Made by a program: the position numbers and the translations under genes
In this document: positions 1-11,773 of the stretch, piece after piece
Layout of the letters: each line of letters starts with the position of its first letter
How positions within the stretch are numbered: position 1 is the first letter of the stretch
Notes under the pieces: generated by a model
Told to the model about the DNA's origin: nothing
The model's input: only the letters and a program-made list of their open reading frames with translations
The model's database searches: none
NCBI RefSeq assembly: GCF_016433145.1
Contig: NC_058132.1
Location: 87,625,480 to 87,689,479 of the forward strand
Direction: 5' to 3'
Length of the DNA stretch: 64,000 bases
From: Gracilinanus agilis
Taxonomy: Eukaryota

Positions 1-120
1 TACAGCAACCAGGTACATCAGACAGAAGGGGATGGAGATCCACACGTGCATCTCCTTCAGGCCAGGGATGCCAATCAACACAAACATGTCATAGTTGATG
101 GAGAAGTTGGGAGTAGACAT
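1..120 (-). CDS. Class I (OR52-like) olfactory receptor, 5' 40 codons; gene runs off the left edge
   Basis: Reverse complement of 120..1 translates to MSTPNFSINYDMFVLIGIPGLKEMHVWISIPFCLMYLVAV: N-glycosylation sequon NFS, then the class I motif F-x-L-x-GIPGL...H-x-WISIPFC-x-x-Y. Too short for the ORF track. Intactness beyond the edge is unknown. Confidence 0.85.
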   Translation of the reverse strand, partial: MSTPNFSINYDMFVLIGIPGLKEMHVWISIPFCLMYLVAV

Positions 121-192
121 ACCATGAAAACTGTCAGTCTCACCCAATGACCTTCTTGCCTGTTCTGCAGCCAAGGAGATGAAGTCACAGGG

Positions 193-210
193 CTAGAAAG
201 CAGAATAATC
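193..210 (-). promoter_or_regulatory. Candidate splice acceptor for the left-edge OR coding exon
   Basis: Minus strand reads tattctgctttctAG|ccctg, about 70 nt upstream of the ATG at 120. Confidence 0.4.
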
Positions 211-319
211 CAAACAAGTAATTAATAAAAAAATTTTCAAGCTCCTTCTATGTGCCCAGTCTTGTGCTTTTTTAAAACAGTTTACCAGAATCCACTAACA
301 ACAAAAACCCAAGATCGCT

Positions 320-517
320 ATTAAAAACAAAAAAAAGTTCTCTCCAAATATCAATACTAAGTATCAATTCTAAAGCAAAAAGGTAATAAGGGCTAGGAAA
401 ATGGGATTAAGTGACTTGCCCAGAGTCACCCAGCTACGAAGTATCTGAGGTCAAATTTGAACCTAGAAGCTCCCATCTCTGGGCCTGGCTGTCCACTGAG
501 TCACCTAGTTGTCCCTT
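320..517 (-). mobile_element. CORE-SINE (MAR1/SINE1_Mdo type)
   Basis: aagtgacttgcccagagtcacccagct...tttgaacctag...ccactgagtcacctagttgtccc. Confidence 0.8.
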
Positions 518-2364
518 TTGATTGCCACCTTTTAAATTTCCATCTCTTTCTCCATGCCTAGGACATAGTAGGTACTGTGTATTTGTTTTATTATTATTAG
601 AACAAAATGTAAAATAAAATATAAATGTGAGCTGTGATTTTTGAAACAACCTAATTTATATAGATAATATTTCAAGAAAATGTATAAGTGAATATGACTA
701 ACATTGTTATCATCCCTAACTGATTCTTACTTGGCATTCAACTGATCAAATCAATCATTTCATTTATAGAATGAAATGTAAATGAGCAAGACATTAAATT
801 CAAGCAATATGTCCAACAATAATATGCAAGCAAATCATTTTATGTCTCAGGAATGTTTAAGGTATAGGAAAACCGACTCACACAACTAAAGAATAACTAT
901 TGGTGAATTTTTCCATCACAGGTATACTCAGAACAGAGAGTGAGGGTTGCAAGAAGGATATAATTGCTATCTGGAAGTATTTGAAAATCTCTATTGAAGA
1001 GGGATTGGGTATGTTCTTCTTAACCCCATGAGACAGAATCAGGAGTAATAGTGTTAATTCTCACTTCTCTAACACTTTAGGCTTCTCTTTCACAAATATT
1101 CTCTGGCACCTCACCTCATACTCTAAAAGGCTAATGGAGCACAAGCGGTAAAAAATTCTCACAGATCAGAGAGATTTTGAGAATAGACTTGAGTATATGT
1201 CATACATGAGTCTGAAAGTCCAGTCTAACCAAATTTGGTGATGACTACTATTGGATTGGCTGTGAGAGGAGATAATGGTAACTCCTTAAGACCATCTATT
1301 AAATTTTAGAAAATTAAGATCTGCATTATCAGAGGCAGAATCCGTACAAAGTTATGATCAAAGACTCTTAAAGCATTGCAGCCTAAGTTTAACAAAGAAA
1401 AACCATCAAAGGAAGATTCTTTCTTCTCATTTTTAGTTGAGTTTTCTCTTTGTTTATCCATCTGTCCACCTCTCCATTTGTCTGTCCATCTATCTGTCCA
1501 TTTGATCACTTCTTTCCTTCCTTCTTCCTCCATTTCCCTTCTTTCTTTTTCTATTTTATCTTCCTTCCTTCTTTCATTTCTTTATTCCATAAAATACTTC
1601 TCTACTAACACATTATATACTATTAACATAGAGGGAAGAAAAACTCTAGAGTTCATCTAATGCTAAACTTTCATTTTCTAGATAAACTGAGACCTAAAGA
1701 AATGTAACATCAAAGGTCAAACTGTTAATTAGTGAGTGCCAAAGTCTGCCATCAAACCCAGCTCTTCTAACTCTAAATTCTGTACTCCTTTGGAAAGAGT
1801 TTTTCCCTATATTAGAATGAATTAATTTACTTTGAAAACTGATAATCTCATCTTTTAAGGGAATCAAAGGGGTCATTTAATTGACTGGGTATGTGAACAA
1901 AAATTCCCTTTATGATACAACCAATAAGTGGTCATTAATCCTTTACCTGAATCCCTTTGAGGAGAGAGAATCTTCACTGCCTCCCAGAATCATGGAACTT
2001 GAGAGTGGGAAAGGACCTCAGTGACATTTAGATATAACACTTACCTGCATCCCAATACGCTTTTTGATATCTCTAAATCATTAATATGTACTTGTCTGTA
2101 GTCTCAATTTGCCTCTTTGAAACACATCATTGTTCGTAGTTCTGCTCTTATGGGTTAATGATGGGGATAGAAACTAGCCTTTAATTTCTTTGGTTTAGAG
2201 AAGTTCTAGGGGAGGAAACTTACTCTGCTCTGACATATTAGAAGCTTCTCTGCAATTTCTGGTCTTAGAGAGTTAGCTAAAGCACAGAGAATTGAAATGA
2301 CTTACACAGGGTCACATAGGCAGTATTTATATATATATCAGACCGAGGCAGAACTTGAACTCAG

Positions 2365-2560
2365 GAAAGGGTTAGCTGTTAAATTTTCGGTGTCAGCATT
2401 AGCACTTCAGAAATTAGCAAACCAATAAATCAGGGCTTCATTTATTGTTTTGATAATTGTGTACATAAAAAAGTTATAGAGAAAAAGTTAATAATGAAGA
2501 TCTTACCTAAAAGTAGATTGTATGTATGTGGTTTTCCCCAGAAAGACAAGTGTTAAACAC
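2365..2560 (+). mobile_element. Marsupial dispersed repeat (MdoRep1-like)
   Basis: tgttaaattttc.gtgt.agcatt..cac.tc.gaaat..gcaaac...aaatcagggctt. Related copies at 4676 and 27209. Confidence 0.6.
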
Positions 2561-2924
2561 TTATACCCTTAAGCCAAATTTTCCTGCCTCTTAGGCCATA
2601 TCTCTATCTGCTATAAGTCTAATCTCTGTTCCATGGAATCATTCTTCAGATATGTAAGGATAGATATTAAGCAGCTATTTCCAACCTCTTAACTCTCACA
2701 CCTCCCCAGGAGTCTCTTCCCCTAGCTAAACACTCATAATATCATTTCTTCATGATTTGAATCAGTGCTTCTGATTTAAAACCTACCATGCTGCATAGCA
2801 TGGAGAGCTCAGTCTGGGGGAACATGAGAGCTATTATATCATTTGAAAGATTATAATGTAAAAGAAAGACTAGATTTGTTATGACTCCAGTGGCAGTCGA
2901 TGGAGATCATAGTGAGAAGAAAGA

Positions 2925-3165
2925 GAAAAAATAGTTATAGAGAGCCTACAGTATGCCAAACACTGTGCTAAATGCATTACAATATTATGTCCTCAGATCC
3001 TCACAACAACCCTGGGAAGTGGGTGCTATTATTATCCCCATTTTGCTGATGAGGAAACAGAGACAGAGGTTAGGTTAATTACCTAGGATCAAAAAACTGA
3101 AGTCAAAAAGTCCTGAAGTCTTCTTTACTCTAGATCCACCATTCTATCTACTCTGCCACCTAGTA
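2925..3165 (-). mobile_element. MIR/MAR1 SINE inside a CR1 remnant
   Basis: gatcctcacaacaaccctgggaagt...ccccattttgctgatgaggaaac. Confidence 0.75.
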
Positions 3166-3627
3166 CGGTCCATTTCTCCTTGGTATAAGAAAAAAGTTCC
3201 TGATAATAATAACTGTACATAAATAGTATAGACTACATTATGTCCAAAGACATCTTTAGATACCAGATATTGGGGATGTTGTGGGAGTTATTCCTTTTAC
3301 AGTAGATGAATCTTTAAGTGACTTTTTTATGTCCTTTTCAACTCTAAGATTCTAGAATTCTGGCAAAAAATAGGCTCAGAAATGTTCCTGGGGGAGCGTA
3401 ATTATGGTAGGAAGGATACTCAGATATTCCCCTACCACCTGCTGATTGTCTGGCTGGAAAGACCTTGACCAAAGAGAAACTTAGCCTACTTCTCTTGCAT
3501 GTCAACCCAGCCTGGTGCACTCAAGATTGGTCTCTGTCAGAAGCCACTGCCTTTTACTGTTACAGAAACTAAGAAACACTGGTTTTCCTTGGATTCTTGA
3601 AGCTGTCTCTATCTACCAGCCCCTGTA

Positions 3628-3900
3628 ACTCACCTCCCTCCATGGCTTTTCTAACAGCACAAGTGAATGTAAGAGGCAGCCACAGAGACCTCAGATCTGT
3701 TGGGAGTCACTGAAGAACTATTTATCCTTTCCAGAAGCCTATGGTAGAGCTTAGGATGCCTAGGGTCTGCAGCTGTCTTCCCTAGTTGCAAATCCCCCAG
3801 AGAAAATTCAATTCAACTCAATTTAACAAACTTTGGAGAATAGTGCTAGAGAATCTTCCATTTAACTCTCACTGGGTTTCTCCCTTTGGGATCCCCTGGT
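3628..3900 (-). promoter_or_regulatory. Candidate promoter and 5' UTR exon of the left-edge OR
   Basis: Minus-strand donor GAG|GTGAGT at 3636-3628. O/E(EBF)-like sites TCCCCAGAGA (~3792) and TCCCTTTGGGA (~3881) lie upstream in apparently non-repeat DNA. Confidence 0.4.
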
Positions 3901-4675
3901 GACCTCTGGAGCTGTTTATGTATGGGAAGTAGGAGGTTTGAATAGAAAATCTTGAGATTGTGTGTTTACCAAGCATAGCAGGACTCCTGCTTCTCAATTG
4001 GAGCAGTCTTGTCCTTCAGGACCCACACACAGCTTTTTTTTTTTTTCCAAATGAAATCCCAATGGACAAAATTATGGTCTCTTTCCTCACAGAAATGATC
4101 TTCAGAGGCAGATTGTGTGAGAAACAAGGGCATCACATTTATTAGCAAATTTCGATTTTTCTTCCATAAGCAGCAGCATTATACATTTCCCTTGCTGTTC
4201 TCGTTATTGAATTCTAATGATTTTTGGCTATTTCCAATAATTTATATCGCACTTTGAGGTTTTCATGGTCCTTTACATAAATAATCTCGTATTCTCACAA
4301 CAACCCTAGCAGAGAGTCATTTTGTCCCCATTTTAAAGATGAAGAAACTGAAACATAAAGGAATTAAGTGGCTTTCTAGAGTTACACAGGTTAAAAGTGT
4401 CTAAGACAGGATTTGAACTCAAGTATTCCTGATCTTGGCACTTTGTCAACTAGCTGTCTTCCTTTTCAATTTCAAAATCCCTCCAAAAAGGAGGAAGCTA
4501 CGACTACACTGAGCAGACTGCAATAAATGTTTCACAGATTCAAGGCAACTCCAAAGAGAATTTTTACTTTAACTTTAAATCACAATTCATTGAGTTGATC
4601 AACGTTTTGTCTCAAGTTAACCACATTTGGATCAGTGCAGTCTCTCCAAAGGATTATGTTAAAGGCATACAATTA

Positions 4676-4852
4676 GGGGTGTGCTAGAGTTATCAATTAG
4701 AGCATTTAACTTTAGAAATCAGCAATCACTACAAATCAGGACTTGATTAATTATCTTGTTAAGTGTCTAGACTTTAGAAAATGTTAGTAATGCAGATTAA
4801 CCTTAAAACTTATTTATGTATGTATTTTCTGAGATTCTGATTTACCAGCACA
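4676..4852 (+). mobile_element. Marsupial dispersed repeat (MdoRep1-like)
   Basis: ggggtgtgctag...ctacaaatcaggacttgatt...tttaccagcaca. Confidence 0.6.
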
Positions 4853-6908
4853 GTCTATATTACCCTGAAAATTTTGCTCAAGCTCAGAAGAAATACAGTA
4901 AAAGATTTTAAGAATCAAATTATCACCAAACTGGAGATTTTGTCTAAAGGCTAACATAATAGTCATAGAAATAATAACAAGCATTTATATAACATTAAAA
5001 GTTTTGAAAAACAACTCATATCTATTATCTCATGTGAGCTTCACACCACTTCTTTGTTGTATATATTTGTGGATATTAAAGTTCTGAGATTAATTTTTTA
5101 AATAATTAATCTCATTAACTGATAATAAAGAGAGGTGAATAGGAAATAGTGCAGTAAGTTTACATCTCAAAACCCAATATAGGCTTTCATAAGAAAAATA
5201 GCTCCCATTATCCAACTTCACCAAAAATAATCTCCATTTTCTCCATTTCCATCTTCAAAATCAATTTCACCATCTTGACAACCGCATATTATTACCATAA
5301 TTGCCACCATTATCATTACCATCAATATTGCTCTCATCATTTTATTACTGCCATCTCTGACTTCACTATTACTGTCATGCAGAATAAAAAATAAAGCCAT
5401 GCCTTCATGTTTTACCCTTTGATAGTTTTTGTTAATCTCAACTCTACAAAATGTTTCATTTGTTTACTTTATACTCACACAGTTGTACTGCAATAGACTC
5501 CTAATTGATGTCTCTGCCTCCACTCTCTCCTCTCTCCTAACCATTATGCAAATAGTTGCCACGTTGAAATCATGGAAACAAATCTTATCACATGCTTAGG
5601 CAACCAGGAAGCTACACTGGAACCCAGAAACTTAGTGACCTGAGACAATTAAGTCTGAGGATAGTTTTAATATCTTTTAAGGAAAAGTTAACCTAGCCTA
5701 CAGAGGATAGGACTTCGAGAAAACAAACAAACAAAAACTAGCTAGACTACATTGCATGGACCTTGGCAGATATTGCTTTTTCCCACAAGATTCTTTTTCT
5801 TTCTTTCTTTTAAACTTAATTCCCTCCCTTTTGAAAAGGAATATTCAATTATCCCTGATAAACTAGAAAGTAAAAATATGTTCCTTTATCCCTCTCCTAC
5901 TTCCCCCTCCCTGATAGTACTCCTCTTCCCACCACCCTTCTTATTTCCCTCTAACTTCTCTACAGGGTCTTTTAATCATCCTTTTCAACTACCTCTTGCC
6001 TTATATTACTTCCTTCCCCACTACTCCTTTTCTTATTCCTCCTCTACTCCTATATAGGGTAAGATAGGATTCTATACCCCAAGGAGTCTGGCTGTTCTTC
6101 CCTCTCTGAGCCAATTCCAAAGGTTTAAGTATGACCCATCACCACTCTCATTCTTCCCTCCACTGCAATAGTTCCCCTCCTCCTGCCCTATGCCTATTTA
6201 TGTGATATAATTTACCCCATTTTACTTTTTCCTTCCAATTTTTTAAAGCAATCCTCCTTTTCACCTATAGATTTTTAAAATTTTACATATAATCCTAATT
6301 GTTTTTCTACCACACCCTCTGTCTATGCATATGTCTTCTAACTTCTATAATAATGATAAAAATTTTTGATAGTTACAAATAATGTCTTTCCATATAGAAA
6401 TATAAACAATTTGACCTTGAAGAGGCTCTCGAATTTTTTCTCTTTCTTGCCTTTTATATGCTCCTTTTGAATTTTGTATTTGGACATCAAATTTTCTGTT
6501 TAAATCTGGTATTGTTTTGGGAATGCTTGGAAATCTTCTAATTTATTAAATGACTATACTTTTCTCTTGAAAGAATACAGTCAATTTTTATGGGTAAGTG
6601 ATTCTTGGTTGTAAACCCAGTGTCCTTGCCTTCTGGAATATCATATTCCAATCCTTTTGATCTTCCAGTGTAGAAGGTTCAAAATCCTAAGTAAATCTGA
6701 CTGGGTCTCCAAGATATTTGAACTGTTTCTTTCTGGCTGCTTGTAAAATTATTTCTGCCTGGCCTGGGAGCTTCTGAACTTGGCTATAACATTCTTGGGA
6801 GTTGTCATTTGGGGATTTATTGCAGGAAATTATCTATGCATTCTTTCTCTTTCTATTTTACCCCCTTGTTCAAGAACATCAAGGGAGTTTTCTTTGATTA
6901 TTTCTTTT

Positions 6909-7090
6909 TTTTTTTTAACCCTTGTACTTCGGTGTATTTTCTCATAGTTGGAAGAGTGGTAAGGGTGGGCAATGGGGGTCAAGTGACTTGCCCAGGGTCA
7001 CACAGCTGGAAGTGGCTGAGGCCGGGTTTGAACCTAGGAGCTCCTGTCTCTAGGCCTGCCTCTCACTCCACTGAGCTACCCAGCTGCCCC
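6909..7090 (-). mobile_element. Young opossum-type SINE
   Basis: 16-bp TSD tttgattatttctttt. Confidence 0.9.
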
Positions 7091-7254
7091 TTTGATTATT
7101 TCTTTTAATATGATGTCTTGCTTTTCTTTTCTGGTCATGACTTTCAGGTAGTCCAATAGTTCTCAAATTGTCTCTCCTAGTATCTTTTTTCCAGATCAAT
7201 AGTTTTTTTAGTGACATATTTCATATTTTATTCTTTTTTTCATTTTTTTATTTC

Positions 7255-7309
7255 TTTCCTTTTAAATAAAAGTTGATCTTGAGGCTCATCACCAGATTTA
7301 TAAACATAT

Positions 7310-7374
<65 letters not shown>

Positions 7375-7686
7375 TTTCAGCCTTAGTAATTCAAGGTAAG
7401 ATCAGATCCCAGATTTTAGCTGAGGGAGGTTCCCTCCATGTTGCACTGCTGCTTGCTAATTGTCAGCCCAGTGATTCCATCTATTCAAGAGTGGAAGTAA
7501 AAAAGGACATTTTCTTTCCTACACTCATCTTCTAAACTCCATTAGCTCCTCCCTCTGTGGTGATATTTTAGCTTGAAGGTCATGCTGATGCCCACAATGC
7601 CAGCAAATGCCAGGGGATGTCATGTTGCTTTGTTACACCTATGTTGCTCCATTGGAGTACTCAGGATATGTTCTCTAGGTAATTTA
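7255..7686 (-). mobile_element. Solo LTR inserted in an old L1
   Basis: Interrupts L1 ORF1 with a tttc duplication. Its 3' end (ttataaatctggtgatgagcctcaagatcaa on the - strand) matches the 18455 LTR. Contains a (GA)n tract. Confidence 0.65.
7313..7372. repeat. (GA)n microsatellite within an LTR
   Basis: Direct reading. Confidence 0.95.
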
Positions 7687-8587
7687 TTTCACATAGTTTT
7701 ATTGTTTCTTGATGTCTCATGAGGTCATTAGCTTCTACTTGCCCAATTCTAATTTTTAAAGAATGAATTTCTTCCATGACATTTTAATCTTCCTTTTACA
7801 TTTGGTCAATTCTACCTTTTGTGGAAATCTTTTCTTCATTGGATTGTTTTTGCCTACTTTTCCAGTTGACCAATGTTGCTTTTTTAAGCTATTATTTTCA
7901 TTTTGCATTACTTTCATTTGTTTTTTTCCCATTTTTCTTCTACCTTTTTTATTTGCTTTTTGAATTTCTTTTTGAGCTCTTCTAGACCTATGGCCAATTC
8001 CCAGTTTTCTTTGAAGTTTTGCATGTGGTTGCTTGGATTTACTATCAACTCTATGCCTTATTCTTTGTCTCCATCAAAATTTTCTATGGCTAGGTATTTC
8101 ATTTTTGGTTTGCTTATTTTCCTGGTCTATTTTTTTTGCCTGTGAACTTGGAGTTATGAAAGTTGGTGATTTTGTCTCCTCTGCTGATAGCTTATGAGAC
8201 TCACCACACTGAGTTATTTTTCCCGGGGCTAGGTCTTCATCGTAGCTCAGGCTTAAAAGAGTGAAGCCCTAGGGACTTTCAGAACTCACTGAGGGCTGGT
8301 GCTAGGACTTGTGACTTTAATGGGTGGGTGTGGACTGTGGGGTACTCTGTTGTGTTATAGCCAGGATCCTGGGATCCAGAAGTTCTTCTATTCCCAGACT
8401 GAGAACATGACATAGTAGGTGTATGTGTGTGGGGTGGTCAGCCCTCACTCCTCTGTTTGTAGTTTTACTTCTGGTTCCCCCTTAGCCTGTAAAAAATCAA
8501 CTCTTCCTACCTTTCAAATTGTTTCCCACATGAGAGCCCTCTCTCTCCATCTTGCTGTTGGATTTTTACTCCTCTCATTTTGATATA

Positions 8588-9274
8588 CTTTTTTCTAAAC
8601 ATTTATTAATAATCATTTTTAACATGGTTACATGATTTATGCTCCTACTTTCCCCTTCACCCCCGGCTCTCCCCCCACCCATGGCTGATGCACATTTCCA
8701 CTGGTTTTGTCACGTGTCCTTGATCAAGACCTATTTCCAAATTGTTGGTAGTTGCATTGGTGTGGTAGTTTCGAGTCCACATCCCCAATCATGTCCACCC
8801 CGACCCATGTGTTCAAGCAGTTGCTTTTCTTATATGTTTCCTCTCCTGCAGTCCTTCTTCTGAATGTGGGTAGCATCTTTACCATAAATCCCTCAGAATT
8901 GTCCTGGATCATTGCATTGTTGCTGGTACAGAAGCCCATTACATTCGATTTTACCACAGTATGTCAGTCTCTGTGTACAATGTTCTTCTGGCTCTGCTCC
9001 TTTCGCTCTGCATCAGTTCCTGCAGGTCTCTCCAGTTTGCCTGGAACTCCTCCAGTTTATTGTTCCTTTTAGCACAATAGTATTCCATCACCCGCATATA
9101 CCACAGTTTGTTCAGCCATTCCCCAATTGAAGGACATGCCCTCCTTTTCCATTTTGTTGCCACCACAAAAAGCACAGCTATAAATATTTTTGTACAAGTC
9201 TGTTTATCTATGATCTCTTTGGGGTACAAACCCAGCAATGGTATGGCTGGATCAAAGGGCAGGCATTCTTTTAA
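8588..9274 (-). mobile_element. Young 5'-truncated L1 (ORF2 C-terminus and 3'UTR)
   Basis: ORF 8951-9238 is the L1 ORF2 C-terminus (TCTKIFIAVLFVVA...CPSIGEWLNKLW...EYY). T-rich tail on the left. Confidence 0.9.
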
Positions 9275-9429
9275 AGATTGGTTTGGAAGGATTCTCAGGA
9301 TAGTTTCAACTTTTGCTAGTATTAAACCACCACCTTGACTCGATCCCTATGGCTGGAACACCTTTTCTTCCGTACTAGAAGAGAACATTGATGAGCACTA
9401 ATAATAGTTATCTAGTCATGTCAGAAAAA

Positions 9430-9935
9430 ATTACAAGCATTTATACAGTGTTTTAAGGTTTGAAAAGTTTTTTAGAGGCAGCTGGTGACTTAGTGACCAG
9501 AGTACTGGACCTGAAGTCAGGAACACCTGAGTTTAAAACCTGCCTCAGGTTCTTAATAGTTATGTTAACCCAGATACATTACTTAATCTCTCTTAACCTC
9601 AGTTTACTCAGTTGAAGAAATGGAGATAATGATAGCACCTACCTTCCAGGGGTTGTCTTAAGCATCAAGTGAGATAATATTTGTAAAGATGGATAGTAGA
9701 GTGCCTGGCATAAAATTGATGTTATATAACTGTTTATTTCCTTCCTTTCTATAAATTATATAGCATTTTATGGTTACCACACTGAGAGGTAGGTACTATC
9801 ATTATCTCCATTTTATAGATGAGGAAACTGAGACAGATAGAAAATATTTGAATTTTCTGGGGTCACATAGCTAGGAATGATCTGAGGCACAGGTTTGAAC
9901 TCAAGTTTTTTGAGCAATCTAGCTGGTACCTAACC
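9430..9935. mobile_element. Nested MIR/MAR1 SINEs
   Basis: A plus-strand MIR (~9475-9750) inside a minus-strand MIR. Confidence 0.65.
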
Positions 9936-10259
9936 AGAATAAAATAGAGAAGGTCTTCCTGAAATTGTTTCTGTGGCATATGTGTATGAAGACGAGAGTA
10001 ACCATTTTATTTGGATTATTATCTTATTAATTTTAGTAATTTTATCCTTTTTGTATTTTTTCTCCAGTATAATCATTTTTATTATATTTTAATGGACCAT
10101 AAATGCCTTATAGTATGCTAACACCAGACCTGAAACACTGAACTGGTCTGAATTATTTCTGACCTATATTAGAGACCCAGGGAATTTCAGTGACTTTCTT
10201 CATCTCTTCCTGATTCTTAAAACAAAATGAACAATCTATATTAAAAATTACCAGAAAAT

Positions 10260-10448
10260 AGGGGGCAGCTGGGTAGCTCAGTGGATTGAGAGTCAGGCCT
10301 AGAGATGGGAGGTCCTAGGTTCAAATCTGGCCTCAGACATTTCCCAGCTGTGTGACCCTGGGCAAGTCACTTGACCCCCATTGCCCACCTTTACCAATCT
10401 TCCACCTATGAGACAATACACAGAAGTTAAGGGTTTAAACAAACAAAA
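10260..10448 (+). mobile_element. Young opossum-type SINE
   Basis: gggggcagctgggtagctcagtgg... with 17-bp TSD aaaaattaccagaaaat. Confidence 0.92.
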
Positions 10449-10489
10449 AAAAATTACCAGAAAATGGACAATAAGCCCAGAAATTAAAT

Positions 10490-10730
10490 GCAGGTAGGTA
10501 GAGAAGTAGATACAGTGCTAAACCTCAAGTCTAGAAAACCTCAGTTCTTATACTTAAACAATTACTGGCTATGTGACCCTGGTTAAGTCACTTAACCCTC
10601 TTTGCCTCAATCTTTTCTTCTGTAAAATGAGCTGAAGAAGGAAATGGAAAACTCTTACAGTATCTTTGCCAAGAAAACCTCAAATGGGGTCATTAAGAGT
10701 GACATAGGATTGAAGAGACTCAATAATAAA
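10490..10730 (+). mobile_element. MAR1 SINE with RTE-like tail
   Basis: gagctgaagaaggaaatggaaaactc...cagtatctttgccaagaaaacc. Confidence 0.75.
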
Positions 10731-10862
10731 AAAATCACCTACAATGAAAATTCAACAGTTGTAAGGAGTCTTTAAAGTCCATTGTAATGGTTCTACCTAG
10801 TCTTCATTGGCATTCACATTAAAGTAAAACAATTTTGCCTTTTAACCTCTTAAAAGTCTATA

Positions 10863-11750
10863 ATGTGTTCTTCTTCGTGTCCTACTGATGTACACTGTGT
10901 ACTGATGTACACAGACAGGACAATAGTACAACCGGATGTTGGGATTATACATGTTAAAGGCTATAAACCATTTACTGGAGGGGATCTAGAGATTTTAAAA
11001 AGGAGATTCCCCCAGTTCTTCACAAATCCACATAAGGCAATAAAAGAATTCAAACGGGCAGTTAGGCTGTATAATCCTAATTTTGAAGATGTGGAACTCT
11101 TATTAACAGAACTATTTACCCCAAGTGAAAAAGCTAAATTTCTTGCAGAGACAAGGAACAATCCCAATTTAGCATCGTGGCCTGAGCAACATCAAGATCT
11201 AGAGCTGTCATCTCATGCAAACATGACGTATCTTAGGAGATGCAGGGAGGACTTGGCAGAGGCGATGAGACTTCATGCTAAACGATCAAATGCATGGGGC
11301 TCATTTGAAAAGTTAAAGCAGGGGGAGGAGGAACATCAGAGCTTATACCTAGACAGACTGCTGGAAGCTGGAGAGACTATCCTAGGGTTTAGGGATATGA
11401 CTGCTGAAGACAACATTCAGCATATCAGAAGGCAATTTGTGAAAGGGAGTCAAAATTACATTCAAACATATTTTAGACTGCATTGCCCACAATGGGAGAC
11501 CATGCCCATTGAAGAATTGAGAAAGACAGCAGCTTATGTCCATGACTCAAAGGATAGTGACTCTAAAACATCTAGAAGCTCTGAAAAAGATTGAGAGATT
11601 GCTGAGCTTAAAAAGCAATTGAGGGAAGCTCAGAAAGCCAGGGAGGTGGAAGAAATAAAAAATATGGCTCTGATGTCCACTAATAAAAGGAGCCAAAGCA
11701 GGCCTAGGCAATCTAGTGGCAGTGCTAACAACAAAATTATGAGTTAGGAA
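10863..11750 (+). mobile_element. gag: Endogenous retrovirus gag fragment (capsid p30, gamma-like/ERV1); 243-codon ORF at 10863-11594
   Basis: YKPFTGGDL..K..FPQF..NP...YNPNFEDVELLLTELFT and a major-homology-region match KQGEEEHQSLYLDRLLEA (compare MLV QGPNESPSAFLERLKEA). The frame continues as coiled-coil-like sequence past TGA 11592 to TAG ~11745. No pol or env seen. Confidence 0.85.
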
Positions 11751-11773
11751 CAAGTTTTAGAAGATCTGTAGGT

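Larger units (their letters stand above)
5790..9310 (-). mobile_element. Old L1, 5' part (5'UTR, ORF1, inter-ORF spacer), interrupted by a SINE, an LTR and a young L1
   Basis: Typical marsupial L1 ORF1 antisense text (e.g. cttggctataacattcttgggagttgtcattt) with many stops. Boundaries approximate. Confidence 0.7.

Noticed and set aside
8724-9130. ORFs of 72-106 aa repeated at 45881-46287
   Set aside because: Off-frame readings of two young L1 3' ends. Their conservation reflects recent common origin.
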